From assembly GCA_964016885.1 (NCBI GenBank), contig OZ024740.1, forward strand, positions 115,382,001 to 115,446,000: a DNA stretch of 64,000 bases, read 5' to 3'. Below, piece after piece: positions 1 through 13,255 of the stretch. The notes below the pieces were generated by a model. It did not search any database, was not told the DNA's origin, and was given only the letters and a program-made list of their open reading frames with translations. Numbering within the stretch: position 1 is the stretch's first letter; each line of letters starts with the position of its first letter. The position numbers and the translations under genes were made by a program. This stretch comes from Eledone cirrhosa. Taxonomy: Eukaryota.

Positions 1-390
1 TCGATATGCAAATTGGGCTACTCAGCCGTTAATATGCATAAGGTAAGTATATACGTTCAACAATCTGGCAGGAAGGTATACGTTGCTGACCATAGCTAAT
101 AAGCTTGAAACTAGTACAGCGTTCCTTTGTCAGTGTTGAACAAACGAGCAACGATGGTTGCTAGACACTACGGCTTAATATGGGATGTTTGTTTACAAAC
201 ACACCGAGCATTATAATAAATGTTCGGTGAATTCATACGTACATATATATATGTGTGCATGTATGTATATATATATACATACTACTGTACGTCTGTATAC
301 ATATATGTATGTACGTATACATACTTATATTTAAGTAACAGCCGTACTAAGAGTGGGAAATGAAATTTCGTTTAATTTTTTCCGTTTAAT
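1..390 (+). mobile_element. Partial non-autonomous hammerhead-bearing repeat (family B, ~435-bp monomer)
   Basis: Near-identical to 43676-44018 and, inverted, to 42817-43220. Ends in a (TA)n tract. Contains a hammerhead motif at 80-122 with the core mutated to CTGACCA. Confidence 0.8.
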
Positions 391-690
<300 letters not shown>

Positions 691-925
691 ATCTTTGGTA
701 TAGTATTGTGTGTTAGATTTGCCTACCACAATGTTCGATTTGTCAAGCTATTTAAACGTATGTTATTACTCTAAGGCTCCTCTAACTTATCGAGTGCTTT
801 GCTAACTCATCATTTCATATAAGTAGGCCGAATTTACTTGCAAACCGCCAGAGATTCGATTTTACTAAATTTCCAATTATATATATATTTCCAATTATAT
901 ATAAATTTCCAATTATATATAAATT

Positions 926-1038
<113 letters not shown>

Positions 1039-1766
1039 AAATTATAAGAAACGAAAGAAGCTGTGTGGTTACTGTAAACAAAGTTTAAGATGGTAGTATG
1101 GACGAAACAAGAGGAGAAAAGAAAAGAAGAAAAGAAATCCTTCATCAACTGTAAAACCGAGATCGAGATGTTTCGGCACTTAATATAGGACATCTATAAG
1201 CGATCAGCGGTGCGCCCAAGGCCTTTTCTCAATCAAAAGGCCAGGAGGGAAAGAAAAGAAAAGGGAAGGAAAAAGAAGAAAAAAGTGGAAAGGTAGTGAG
1301 GAGAGAGAAAGAAAGAGCAAAAACAGGTAAACAGACCAGATACTGGGGGGGGGGGGGGCACAGGACAATGGAACAGATATAACAGATATATATACGAGAT
1401 TTGTCCAAAACGTAAGGGTACTGATGTTATATCTGATTATATAGTAGACGTACGTGAATTTACAAGTTATTTCCTTCAAAAGTAAGACAATTGGGAAATT
1501 ACACAGAGATTCCAACGTTTTTCTATTGATCATAGTACCTAATCTCCTACAAATGTCCTTTCTGACTCACTGGACCCTTTGTCGTTGAAACTCGTATGTA
1601 CGGGCAGCGAAGATCATAACCAACACACTTATATACATCAATAAGGTTCTGTGTTAACATGTCGTACATAGGAAATTAGTACCTTTACTCTTGGGTCAAA
1701 CTTTGTATATATGTATACGTTATATATATAATATATAGATACATTATATATATATATATATATATG

Positions 1767-2326
1767 TGATGGCTGCCCCCTCGTTATCAGGTATGGCCAT
1801 TGCATGATATACCATTATTAATAATTATTAATTAATTCTATCGTGCAATGCCTGTGCGTGAAGATATTTTTTAAGGTGAGGAAAGACTGTGCACTGAGCC
1901 AATCCCAATCTCTGAGCGACAATAGCTATAACCCGAAAAGAAGAAATGATCAACATCATCGGTAACTACTGAGCCGCAGGTATTTATGTTATCCCAGTTT
2001 CCTGAGTTGCCTTCTCCTAGAAGAATGCCCTGAAAAAGGCGAGGGATCCTTCACTCCCAGTGGTTTAACCACGCGATCGGGTGTCCAGCCCGACTATTTC
2101 TATGTCCCCGCGCATATACATACACGTGCACCCATGTATATACACATATACATACATATGTACATGCGTATATACATATTTACACAATTTTGGATGGCCG
2201 TTGACTCTTATGAGTTCTTCCACCCTTTGTGAGGTTTTGTTCTTTGTCCTGCAGGGTGTCCAAAATCACCCTCCTCACCAAGTAAACTTGGTGGGGTTTC
2301 CGGTTTAGTCGCCGACGACCCGACCA
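1767..2326 (-). mobile_element. Non-autonomous element derived from an RTE-like 5' UTR
   Basis: Homologous to 31563-32190 (-) and 56527-56810 (+). Shares ggtcgggtcgtcggcgactaaac and the ctaggagaagg(a/c)aact motif typical of RTE 5' UTRs. Interrupted by a microsatellite. Confidence 0.55.
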
Positions 2327-2460
2327 TATATATATACACACACACATATATGTATACATTATATATACATATATATGTACGTACATATATGTATACAGAT
2401 TATATATGCACATATAGATACATATGTATACATTATATATACATACATACATATATATAT

Positions 2461-3338
2461 AGATTTCTTTCTTTATTTGCCACAAAAATGTACAAAAATG
2501 GGACATTACAAGACGTGACGGCGGGGGTTTTACATAAAAATAACTTTAACATTAATAAATAACAATAAACTATATATAATAAAACAACAATTGAAATCAC
2601 CAGTAGGGGAGAACGTTACTGCACGGTTGTTTTACACCCCGTGGAACAATCCTTAACACCAGGAATACGTTTTGTAGGTGTTACTGTCTTCCCTCTGTTT
2701 ATCTTCCTCAACCTACAGGTTTATATACAGAGAAGGCCCATTCACTCGGGCCATTTTTGTCACATTCACCCACCTTTCAGCGAATTTACTGGGGTGTAGC
2801 ACCTCTCTCTCTCCACTCTCACCTTCCTTCTGAAGTGATACTTAAAGAAGGGGATAAGTTGTTGTCCGGAGAGAAAGGTGTTTGCCCTCAGTCTTTTTAA
2901 CCTCGTCCACCATATTACCTCTTTCGCCATAGCCACCAGACAGAGGAAAACCGCCTCTCCTTCGTTCTTAACTGAAGGCGGCGGGGTGATCCTCACGATG
3001 TACTCGGCTGACAACTGGATGCGTCCCACACGTGACAGCAGCTGTTCGACATAATTCCACAGGTCGGTCACCCCTGGGCACTGAACAATTGCGTGCAGAA
3101 CGGTTTCGTTGTCCTGCTCGCATCTTGGACAGGTCCTTTTGGCAGGATCTCTGCCAGGGCGTCCGTGCCTGTAGATTTTGTTACGAACATGGTAGAGCTC
3201 CTCGGTAGCACTGCCAGGCCAGAGACCTCTGGAAGTTATCCATAGACCCTGGACGGAAAGTCCTCCTGAACAGACTGGTCAGTTCGTCCTTTTCGATGCC
3301 TAGAGTTTACCCGAGAACGTCGTCGCACTTATCCTCCA
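2461..3338 (-). mobile_element. 3' fragment of an L1/Tx1-clade LINE (ORF2 C-terminal CCHC zinc finger plus 3' UTR)
   Basis: Minus strand reads TCPRCEQDNETVLHAIVQCPGVTDLWNYVEQLL...AKEVIWWTR, continuing into ORF 2766..3071. AATAAA near the 3' end; flanked by TA repeats. Confidence 0.8.
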
Positions 3339-3392
3339 TATATATATATATAGATTGATAGATCGTTAGATAGATAGATAGATATAGATGTA

Positions 3393-3443
<51 letters not shown>

Positions 3444-3789
3444 ACAAATGATATATATGTATATGTTGTCATTTCTCCCTCTCTCTCTCTCTCTCTCTTT
3501 CTTTCTCTCTCTCTCTCTGGCTATGTGTGTGTCAGAATGTGTCTTCTTTGTCTTTCTTATCAATATTTATATATTATATCCAATGCTATAACAATATTAT
3601 ATTCCATAACTCCCAACGAAATCTTTCATGTGAATATCTGATAAATTGACGCGACTTTTTTTATATTTATTTATTAACATATTTGTTTTATTTATTTACT
3701 TTTTTCAATATTTCAATATTTCTCGTTGAAGAATCAGAATACATAAGACAACGAAATATAATTGGCTGGTGATAATGATGCACATGATA

Positions 3790-3822
<33 letters not shown>

Positions 3823-3928
3823 GCGAAAACGACGACGATTAAGATGAGGATAAAAATAATTGTGAGTATGAAGAATGAAACCGACTATCAAAACGAAATA
3901 GTATATAGTCAAACATTATATAGATAGT

Positions 3929-4147
3929 ATGGTGGATTGGCAGTATCGGTAGAGGGTAGGACGCCATGCTTTGCAGCATAGAGTTACGGCTCTTTACGTT
4001 CTGAGTTCAAATCCCGCCGAGGTTAACTTTGCCTTTCATCTTTAAGGGGTCGATAAAGTAAAGTACCAGTCACGCACTGGGGTCGATTTAATCGACATTC
4101 CCCTCCCAAAAAATTGCTGGCCTTGTGCTTATATAAGAAACCATTAT
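3929..4147 (+). mobile_element. tRNA-derived SINE with MetaSINE-like central domain
   Basis: A-box (tggcagtatcgg), B-box (gagttcaaatccc), then aactttgcctttcatc...ggggtcgataaa...agtacc. Many other copies in the window. Confidence 0.8.
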
Positions 4148-4244
4148 ATAGAGTGTATAAGACTGACTATATAAATTTAATTTTGTGCATGACAATATAT
4201 ATATATATATATATACCTCATTCGCTTAATGAGTTGGGTGGAGC

Positions 4245-4440
4245 TCGTCAAATCGGACCGAGGAAACAATGTTTCCATTGGTCTTTCTAATTGATAATAC
4301 TATCTATCGGTCACAAATCCAGGTAGAAGGAGCAACGTGAAATAAATTGTCTTGCTCAAGGTCATAACGCATCTCCCGGTCCGGGAACCGAACTCACAAC
4401 CTCACGATTGCAAATCCGATTATCTAACCACTTAGCTACA
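4245..4440 (-). mobile_element. tRNA-derived CORE-like SINE
   Basis: Reverse complement of the 22424-22645 family. Confidence 0.8.
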
Positions 4441-4498
4441 TGTCTTCATCATACATATACACATATATATATATATATGTGTGTGTATTTGTGTGTGT

Positions 4499-4568
<70 letters not shown>

Positions 4569-5098
4569 GTATAAGAGAGAGAAAGTGATACATATAAATA
4601 TTTATCAGAAACTGATCCCTTAATAGACAAAAGTTCCCTTGACAAATTCATCCATGGAATCCCATATAAACCGCCTACACTCGGATACCTCTCCAAAAGC
4701 AACAACTCTTTACTAGAGTGGGCCACAGTGTCCAAAGCATGACTAAGTTGTCCATAATCAGAAAGACTTCGCTAGTAAGTAAGGCATGGCTTGCTCCAAC
4801 ACTGGCCAAAAGTATATATTTATATATATATAGATATTTTCTTTTTCTATCTAATGAAGTAAAATCACAGACACGTAATGAATATGAATGAACATTGTAT
4901 AATGTAGTCACCGGATGTTGACTGTCACCTAATTGGACAGAAACACATGTTAAAGATTAAACACACAATAAAATCTTCTTCTGTCCACATCTTCCTGCCT
5001 AGATTTTCCTGATTTTTCCTTGAACCATATATATATATACATATATATATATGTATGTATGCATGTATGAATGTATGTGCATATATATATATATATAT

Positions 5099-5487
5099 AT
5101 CAATGATATTAATACATGGAAACTATCTTTATAAAACCATATTTATTTTATTAAATATATATTTCAAGGGTACCAAAATTTTGGAACGCCCTCATCAGAT
5201 AAAATACAAAAATTGCTTTATAAATATTGACATATCCAAAACCAAGAACTTAATTTTCCAAAATGAACTTAAAACGATAAGTTCTTGTTTTTGGATATGT
5301 CAATATTTATAAAGCAATTTTTGGATTTTATCTGATGAGGGCGTTCCAAAATGTTGGTACCCTTGAAATATATATAATAAAATAAATATGGTTTTATAAA
5401 GATAGTTTCCATGTATTAATATCATTGATATTATACTGCAGAAGAAAATAAAATTTGTTGAATAACCAACATATTAAATATTTCTTT

Positions 5488-5491
<4 letters not shown>
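5099..5491. mobile_element. Fold-back mini-element in (TA)n with a hammerhead in each arm
   Basis: 5099-5252 is the reverse complement of ~5278-5430. Unique tail 5431-5491. TA tracts on both sides. Confidence 0.85.
5326..5382 (+). ncRNA. Type I hammerhead ribozyme (minimal, PLE-type)
   Basis: ttttat-CTGATGA-ggg...ccc(tt)-GAAA-tatata-TA-ataaaa: 6-bp stem I, AUA cleavage triplet, palindromic stem III. Confidence 0.75.
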
Positions 5492-5519
<28 letters not shown>

Positions 5520-5525
<6 letters not shown>

Positions 5526-6693
5526 GTGAGGTTTTTTTTACAAAATGAAAAATAACCGAGGTGTCCTACACGAGTGAAAGTAGTGTAGTTAGTTTCTATC
5601 TACCCAATTTTGTTCACAAGTTTGGGGTGGATCCCAGAACACAATACAGACAGGTGGTTAAGATGTCACGCAATGAGACTGAAACTGGACATTCAAAATT
5701 TCAATGCGAATTTCTTAGTTATTCGGTCATGCCAATCGGCATCTATACCTCAAGAATAAAGAGCAACATCGTGTCATCAATGGACGTTAACATATTTTTA
5801 ATGAAGATTATGAAATAATGAATGAATATGAAATAATTTCGAAAACAAACAAGAATTTGGAGGGATTTAGCAATATGACTTTTTCATTGATTTAGTATTT
5901 GGAACATAATTTCACTAAGGTTCTTACATATTATAATGAAAGGTTTTTAAATAAATATAAGACTTATAAATAATATATAAATAAATATAAGTAAAAGGTT
6001 TTGTATTGTAGAACCATTTTTAGAGTTGGCTTTAGGTTGTTATCATAAACGGTTATATATATATATAAAATGTTTTGATTATTCTGTAATTTTTATATAT
6101 ATATAATTAATAATAATAAATATTTTTTTATTATTATTAATATTACACTCTGCATAATTGTTTCTACTTTAGGCACAAGGCCAGCAATTAACCAGTGCAT
6201 TACTGGTACTTTATTTTATCGACCCCGTAAGGATGAAAGGCAAAGTCAACCTCGGCGGGATTTATTATTATTAATATTACACTCTGCATAATACAACACC
6301 AATATACATACTGGAAACTACGCATCGAGTGCTCACTCGGGTGAACCTACACTAACTGGACGCTACAATCCCTACACACACTCACACAAGTGTATATATA
6401 TATATATATATATATATATGGTCATATTGTTATAATATTGCCAGAAATAATAACAGAACAAACTCAGTTTGGTTTAGGTTGGTTTTCGCTGCTGTATCTT
6501 TTACATCTCCATAGTTAATATATTTGGCAATCAATGTATATTATTGATTGACCAGCAGTTAAAAATACTGATATAAATATATATATATATAGTCTATCAA
6601 AGTTCTTTCGTCGCACATCTGCGACATCATCAGTGATACTATTATGTTATCTCCCATTGTATTGTAAAGTTTACGCCATTTTATACATATACA

Positions 6694-6750
<57 letters not shown>

Positions 6751-6820
6751 CAAAGAGGGTGTGGTAAGATACTAAGTGGACCATAACGCATCAGAGTACT
6801 CGATATTTGGGGTCCTGAAT

Positions 6821-6864
<44 letters not shown>

Positions 6865-7065
6865 AGAAGGTAACACACCAGAGAGAGATATATAGTGCGT
6901 TATCAATAATACAGGGAAAAAGCCACCAGTGTGATAACGCACTATATATCTCTCTCTGGTGTGTTACCTTCTCAACGTATTATATTCTAAAGGGCTCAGG
7001 ATCTCTTCCCCTTTGAGCACATTATTTACAGGGAATAACGACGGCCTATGCCTCCGTTAATTTAT

Positions 7066-7103
<38 letters not shown>

Positions 7104-7458
7104 GTGAGGTTTTTTTTACAAAATGAAAAATAACCGAGGTGTCCTACACGAGTGAAAGTATAAAGAAAATAAGATGAAATCGAAAATACAACTAGAGTCT
7201 TATTTTTTTTTTAAATATATATATTTATTTGGTTCCTTTACCAGTTTCGCATTCTTCTGCTTTTCAAAAGTAGAGTTGAGATGGAGGGTCTGTGGTTTTC
7301 CTCACATCAGATGTGAGAAAAACCACAGACCCTCCATCTCAACTCTACTTTTGAAAAGCAGAAGAACTGCGAAACCGGTAAAGGAACCAAATAAATATAT
7401 ATATTTTTTTTAAAAATAAGACTCCAGTTGCATTTTCGATTTCATCTTTTTTTCTTTA
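5520..7458 (-). mobile_element. Composite insertion: hammerhead mini-element (family I) plus ~1.5 kb duplicated flank
   Basis: 5590-7308 matches 53982-55757. 5520-5582 repeats 7099-7160. 7159-7458 is a palindrome centred near 7309. Bounded by (TA)n. Confidence 0.75.
7348..7383 (+). ncRNA. Type I hammerhead ribozyme, U3-A8 core variant
   Basis: ctt-TTGAAAA-gcag aagaa ctgc-GAAA-ccgg-TA-aag; GUA triplet, palindromic stem III, short 3-bp stem I. Confidence 0.6.
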
Positions 7459-7540
7459 TATATATATATATATATATGTGTATGTATGTATGTATGATAT
7501 ATATATGTATGTATGTATGATATATATATGTATGTATGTA

Positions 7541-7603
<63 letters not shown>

Positions 7604-7607
<4 letters not shown>

Positions 7608-8358
7608 GAAGAGAGAAGAAACATTTAGATATAATTAGTAATAAAATGTATCATACCTAAACTGTTCCTAAATTCCTCGACTACGTAGTTTCGTGGCATA
7701 AACAAAAACAATATATCAAAGATATACAGTCCTTGCGAGGTCTGCCTACTTATCAAGAGGATACCTCATTTTACTAGTCTCAAGAACGCGTCTACACGAC
7801 GTGAGAAAGAATCCAAAAAGGCGGAGGGGGAGATAGTCACGCTATATAACGGTCGAGAAACAGAGCTAAGCCTCTTATAACCACGAAGAAAATACCACGG
7901 AGGCGGAGGGGGTATTCATATCGAGGCCGTAGAAGAGGTAGTGAAGAAGGCGAGAAGTATGAGTAATGGAAGCTTTCCAGTTGTCCCCACACTTCAAAGA
8001 TTGCTCGACCAGAGGGAGTTATTAATATATTTAGAAACACACAGATACATGCGGACACACACATATATACATGAATGCATCCGCACCCAACTGTGAGTTA
8101 AGGGTGCCAACTTCACCGATGTTGCTCAATGAATGACTGGGACAGACCAATTCAGTTTGAACCAGACTGAACCAGTATCAGAGTTAAAAATACATTATGA
8201 AGAGAGAAGAAACATTGGTTCAAACTGAATTGGTCTGTCCCAGTCATTCATTGAGCAACATCGGTGAAGTTGGCACCCTTAACTCACAGTTGGGTGCGGA
8301 TGCATTCATGTATATATGTGTGTGTCCGCATGTATCTGTGTGTTTCTAAATATATTAA
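7604..8358 (-). mobile_element. Retrozyme-like insertion: one 591-bp monomer plus inverted ~140-bp arm
   Basis: Same monomer as 8675-11190 with about 6 substitutions. Inversion point near 8216. Hammerhead at 7674-7761 (-). Confidence 0.85.
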
Positions 8359-8360
8359 AA

Positions 8361-8441
<81 letters not shown>

Positions 8442-8631
8442 TTATCACCAACCAATTATATTTTGTTGTCTTATGCGATCTGATTCTTCGACTAGAAATA
8501 TTGAAATATTGAAAATAAAAATAAAAACAGATAAAAAAATAACGTCAATTTATCAGATATCCACATGAAAGATTTCATTGGAGGTTGTGGAATATAAAAT
8601 TTTGATAGCATTGAATATAATAAATTAATAT

Positions 8632-8674
<43 letters not shown>

Positions 8675-8682
<8 letters not shown>

Positions 8683-11190
8683 TTAGAAACACACAGATAC
8701 ATGCGGACACACACATATATACATGAATGCATCCGCACCCAACTGTGAGTTAAGGGTGCCAACTTCACCGATGTTGCTCAATGAATGACTGGGACAGACC
8801 AATTCAGTTTGAACCAGACTGAACCAGTATCAGAGTTAAAAATACATTATGAAGAGAGAAGAAACATTTAGATATAATTAGTAATAAAATGTATCATACC
8901 TAAACTGCTCCTAAATTCCTCGACTACGTAGTTTCGTGGCATAAACAAAAACAATATATCAAAGATATAGAGTCCTTGCGAGGTCTGCCAACTTATCAAG
9001 AGGATACCTCATTTTACTAGTCTCAAGAACGCGTCTACACGACGTGAGAAAGAATCCCAAAAGGCGGAGGGGGAGATAGTCACGCGATATAACGGTCGAG
9101 AAACAGAGCTAAGCCTCTTATAACCACGAAGAAAATACCACGGAGGCGGAGGGGGTATTCATATCGAGGCCGCAGAAGAGGTAGTGAAGAAGGCGAGAAG
9201 TATGAGTAATGGAAGCTTTCCAGTTGTCCCCACACTTCAAAGATTGCTCGACCAGAGGGAGTTATTAATATATTTAGAAACACACAGATACATGCGGACA
9301 CACACATATATACATGAATGCATCCGCACCCAACTGTGAGTTAAGGGTGCCAACTTCACCGATGTTGCTCAATGAATGACTGGGACAGACCAATTCAGTT
9401 TGAACCAGACTGAACCAGTATCAGAGTTAAAAATACATTATGAAGAGAGAAGAAACATTTAGATATAATTAGTAATAAAATGTATCATACCTAAACTGCT
9501 CCTAAATTCCTCGACTACGTAGTTTCGTGGCATAAACAAAAACAATATATCAAAGATATAGAGTCCTTGCGAGGTCTGCCAACTTATCAAGAGGATACCT
9601 CATTTTACTAGTCTCAAGAACGCGTCTACACGACGTGAGAAAGAATCCCAAAAGGCGGAGGGGGAGATAGTCACGCGATATAACGGTCGAGAAACAGAGC
9701 TAAGCCTCTTATAACCACGAAGAAAATACCACGGAGGCGGAGGGGGTATTCATATCGAGGCCGCAGAACTATCTCCCCCTCCGCCTTTTGGGATTCTTTC
9801 TCACGTCGTGTAGACGCGTTCTTGAGACTAGTAAAATGAGGTATCCTCTTGATAAGTTGGCAGACCTCGCAAGGACTCTATATCTTTGATATATTGTTTT
9901 TGTTTATGCCACGAAACTACGTAGTCGAGGAATTTAGGAGCAGTTTAGGTATGATACATTTTATTACTAATTATATCTAAATGTTTCTTCTCTCTTCATA
10001 ATGTATTTTTAACTCTGATACTGGTTCAGTCTGGTTCAAACTGAATTGGTCTGTCCCAGTCATTCATTGAGCAACATCGGTGAAGTTGGCACCCTTAACT
10101 CACAGTTGGGTGCGGATGCATTCATGTATATATGTGTGTGTCCGCATGTATCTGTGTGTTTCTAAATATATTAATAACTCCCTCTGGTCGAGCAATCTTT
10201 GAAGTGTGGGGACAACTGGAAAGCTTCCATTACTCATACTTCTCGCCTTCTTCACTACCTCTTCTGCGGCCTCGATATGAATACCCCCTCCGCCTCCGTG
10301 GTATTTTCTTCGTGGTTATAAGAGGCTTAGCTCTGTTTCTCGACCGTTATATCGCGTGACTATCTCCCCCTCCGCCTTTTGGGATTCTTTCTCACGTCGT
10401 GTAGACGCGTTCTTGAGACTAGTAAAATGAGGTATCCTCTTGATAAGTTGGCAGACCTCGCAAGGACTCTATATCTTTGATATATTGTTTTTGTTTATGC
10501 CACGAAACTACGTAGTCGAGGAATTTAGGAGCAGTTTAGGTATGATACATTTTATTACTAATTATATCTAAATGTTTCTTCTCTCTTCATAATGTATTTT
10601 TAACTCTGATACTGGTTCAGTCTGGTTCAAACTGAATTGGTCTGTCCCAGTCATTCATTGAGCAACATCGGTGAAGTTGGCACCCTTAACTCACAGTTGG
10701 GTGCGGATGCATTCATGTATATATGTGTGTGTCCGCATGTATCTGTGTGTTTCTAAATATATTAATAACTCCCTCTGGTCGAGCAATCTTTGAAGTGTGG
10801 GGACAACTGGAAAGCTTCCATTACTCATACTTTTCGCCTTCTTCACTACCTCTTCTGCGGCCTCGATATGAATACCCCCTCCGCCTCCGTGGTATTTTCT
10901 TCGTGGTTATAAGAGGCTTAGCTCTGTTTCTCGACCGTTATATCGCGTGACTATCTCCCCCTCCGCCTTTTGGGATTCTTTCTCACGTCGTGTAGACGCG
11001 TTCTTGAGACTAGTAAAATGAGGTATCCTCTTGATAAGTTGGCAGACCTCGCAAGGACTCTATATCTTTGATATATTGTTTTTGTTTATGCCACGAAACT
11101 ACGTAGTCGAGGAATTTAGGAGCAGTTTAGGTATGATACATTTTATTACTAATTATATCTAAATGTTTCTTCTCTCTTCATAATGTATTA
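8675..11190. mobile_element. Retrozyme-like tandem plus inverted array of a 591-bp hammerhead-containing monomer
   Basis: About 1.85 monomers on - (8675-9768) fused to about 2.4 monomers on + (9769-11190). Period 591 (identical ORFs at 10132 and 10723). Hammerheads at 8917-9004 and 9508-9595 (-), 9844-9931, 10435-10522 and 11026-11113 (+). Confidence 0.9.
9844..9931 (+). ncRNA. Type I hammerhead ribozyme, U3-A8 core variant (6 copies in 7.6-11.2 kb)
   Basis: tcctc-TTGATAA-gttggca...tgccac-GAAA-ctacgtag-TC-gagga: 5-bp stem I, GUC triplet, palindromic stem III (ACTACGTAGT). Confidence 0.85.
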
Positions 11191-11458
11191 TATATATATA
11201 TATATATATATAGGAAAATATTTAACCCCGACGGCAGAGCTCAAGCTGTTTCGACGGCTATTTCTTGACTCATTACCCACTCTACTACCCGGGTGCGTTA
11301 TAGTCCATCTGGTTCCTTATATATATATATAGATATGTGTGTTTGTGTGGGGGGGGCGTGTGTGTTTGTGTGTGTGTAGCTATATATGCATATATATATA
11401 CATATATGCATGTCCCTATATTTATATATATATATATATACGTATGTATGTATAGTAA

Positions 11459-11650
11459 TAATTGTTTCTACTTTTGGCACAAGGCCACCAAATACTCAGT
11501 GTATTACTGGTACTTTATTTTATCGACCCTGTAAGGATGAAAGGCAAAGTTAACCTCGGCGGGATTTGAACTCAGACCATAAAGGGCCGTAACTCTTTCC
11601 TGCAAAGCATGGTGTCCGACCTTCTACCGATACTGCAAATTCACCGCCCT
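11459..11650 (-). mobile_element. tRNA-derived Meta-like SINE
   Basis: Reverse complement of the 3929-4147 / 56170-56362 family. Confidence 0.8.
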
Positions 11651-11727
11651 TTATTATTATTATTATTATTATTTTATTATTCAATCCACCACCATTTATT
11701 ATTATTATTACTATACACTGTATGTAT

Positions 11728-11961
11728 AGTAATAATAATAATAAATGTGAAGACTAAAATTCGAAGAGGGCTCGACAAGGATAATATATCTATAAACATA
11801 TATAAAACCATAGAGCAAATATTTATTAAAATAACAGATTAAAATTTAAGCAAAGAATCGCTGCTTTCACCCTTAACGGAATCTTCTGAAACTTAGTAGA
11901 TCCCGTTAAGGGTGAAAGCGGCGATTCTTTGCTTAAACTTTAATCTGATATTTTAATAAAT
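11728..11961. mobile_element. Fold-back mini-derivative of PLE family C
   Basis: Matches the ends of 29334-30998. Further fragments at 26386-26500 and 52288-52405. Confidence 0.8.
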
Positions 11962-12074
11962 AAATAAATATATATATATATAGTAATAATAATAATAAAT
12001 ATATATATATATATATATTTGCACATATATGTATACATACACATGTATCCCTGCACACACATATATTTACACCC

Positions 12075-12143
<69 letters not shown>

Positions 12144-12150
<7 letters not shown>

Positions 12151-12302
12151 TGGGCATGACACTAAACTGCATCCGGTGCTGAGGCTCTAGTTCAAGAGTT
12201 CTGGGGTTCTGGGGATTATAGCGTTACAACTTAATTACCATTACTCCCAAGTCCGCTCTGACCCGAGTAGTACCTATTAGGGTCCCACCTACGGGTTAAA
12301 TA
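12144..12302 (+). mobile_element. SINE-like repeat fragment
   Basis: gtgtcctgggcatgacactaaactgcatc...gtagtacctattagggtccc resembles SINE central/3' domains. Family not identified. Confidence 0.45.
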
Positions 12303-12309
12303 GTCTTAG

Positions 12310-13255
12310 TGGTAGCGCTCGGTGTTCCATAACCCCGAATCTACTGACGTGAGAAAGGGGTGAAAACGGCAGGTGTAAGATGATACTGGGCTGGAGTTCC
12401 AATCCTGCATGCAGGTGGTTCGGGGATTTGGTGGTCTGATGTTCGCCCGGGGACGAGATGATCGTTTGGTTCACCTAGAATGACCAGCTTCACATGGAGA
12501 GGGGGTCTAGAAAAGGTGGACTAAACAAAGTTCGTCTCCTACGCCCCAATCGAAAAACATCAAGGAAGAAAAGTTATACATCCACCTGCAGGGGTATGAA
12601 AGGACTGAAAATCGCTTGCTGGAACTTCAGAGCCATGCTAGGCACAGTCGACAACAGTCATCCAGTACATTGATCAGCTCTAATTGCACACAAGCTGTCA
12701 TGACTGAAGGTTGATATCACTGCTCTTAGTGAAGTTCGCCTTCCAGAAGAAGGCAGCCTACAAGAGCATGGCGCTAAACACACCCTCTACTGGTTGGGCA
12801 AATCAGCAGCAGAGAGACGCCTTTCAGGAGGATGGCTTCGTGGACGGAATCTCTATCTTGAAAACCTTACATGTTATTATGACCGCCTCTTTTCAATGCG
12901 CCTCCCACTGAGTAATTATCAATATGCCACGTACTTCAGTGTGAACTCCCCAACTCTTCAAGCGGATCCTGTAGAAAAGAACAAGTTTTTCTCTGATCTG
13001 CACAATCTCTTACATGGTGATTTCGATATCAGAGTAAGCCGAGATTCTGTAACATGGGAGAGAGTGGTTGGGAGACATGGCATTGGTAACTGCAATGACA
13101 ATAGGTGCTTGTTGCTGGAGTTCTGTGCAGAATATCACCTCGTCATCACGAACACCATCTACCAGAAGAAGGACAGTTTGAAAACAACCTCGATGCATCC
13201 TCGGTCTAAACACTGGCACCTCATTCATTATATCCTAGTGTGCCGGTGTAAGATG
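12310..13255 (+). mobile_element. Degenerate RTE-clade LINE 5' part (UTR plus AP endonuclease)
   Basis: Translation LKIACWNFRAM...LKVDITALSEVRLPEEGSLQE...TLYWLGK...GDFDIRV...GRHGIGNCNDN...LLEFCAEYHLVITNT...MHPRSKHWHLIHYILV, with stops and a frameshift. Confidence 0.9.

Noticed and set aside
10132-10359. 75-aa ORF repeated four times
   Set aside because: Identity reflects the 591-bp tandem repeat. It starts in a TG microsatellite and has no recognisable motif.
8675-11190. CRISPR array or satellite interpretation
   Set aside because: No unique spacers, eukaryotic context, and few copies with a ribozyme and an inversion.
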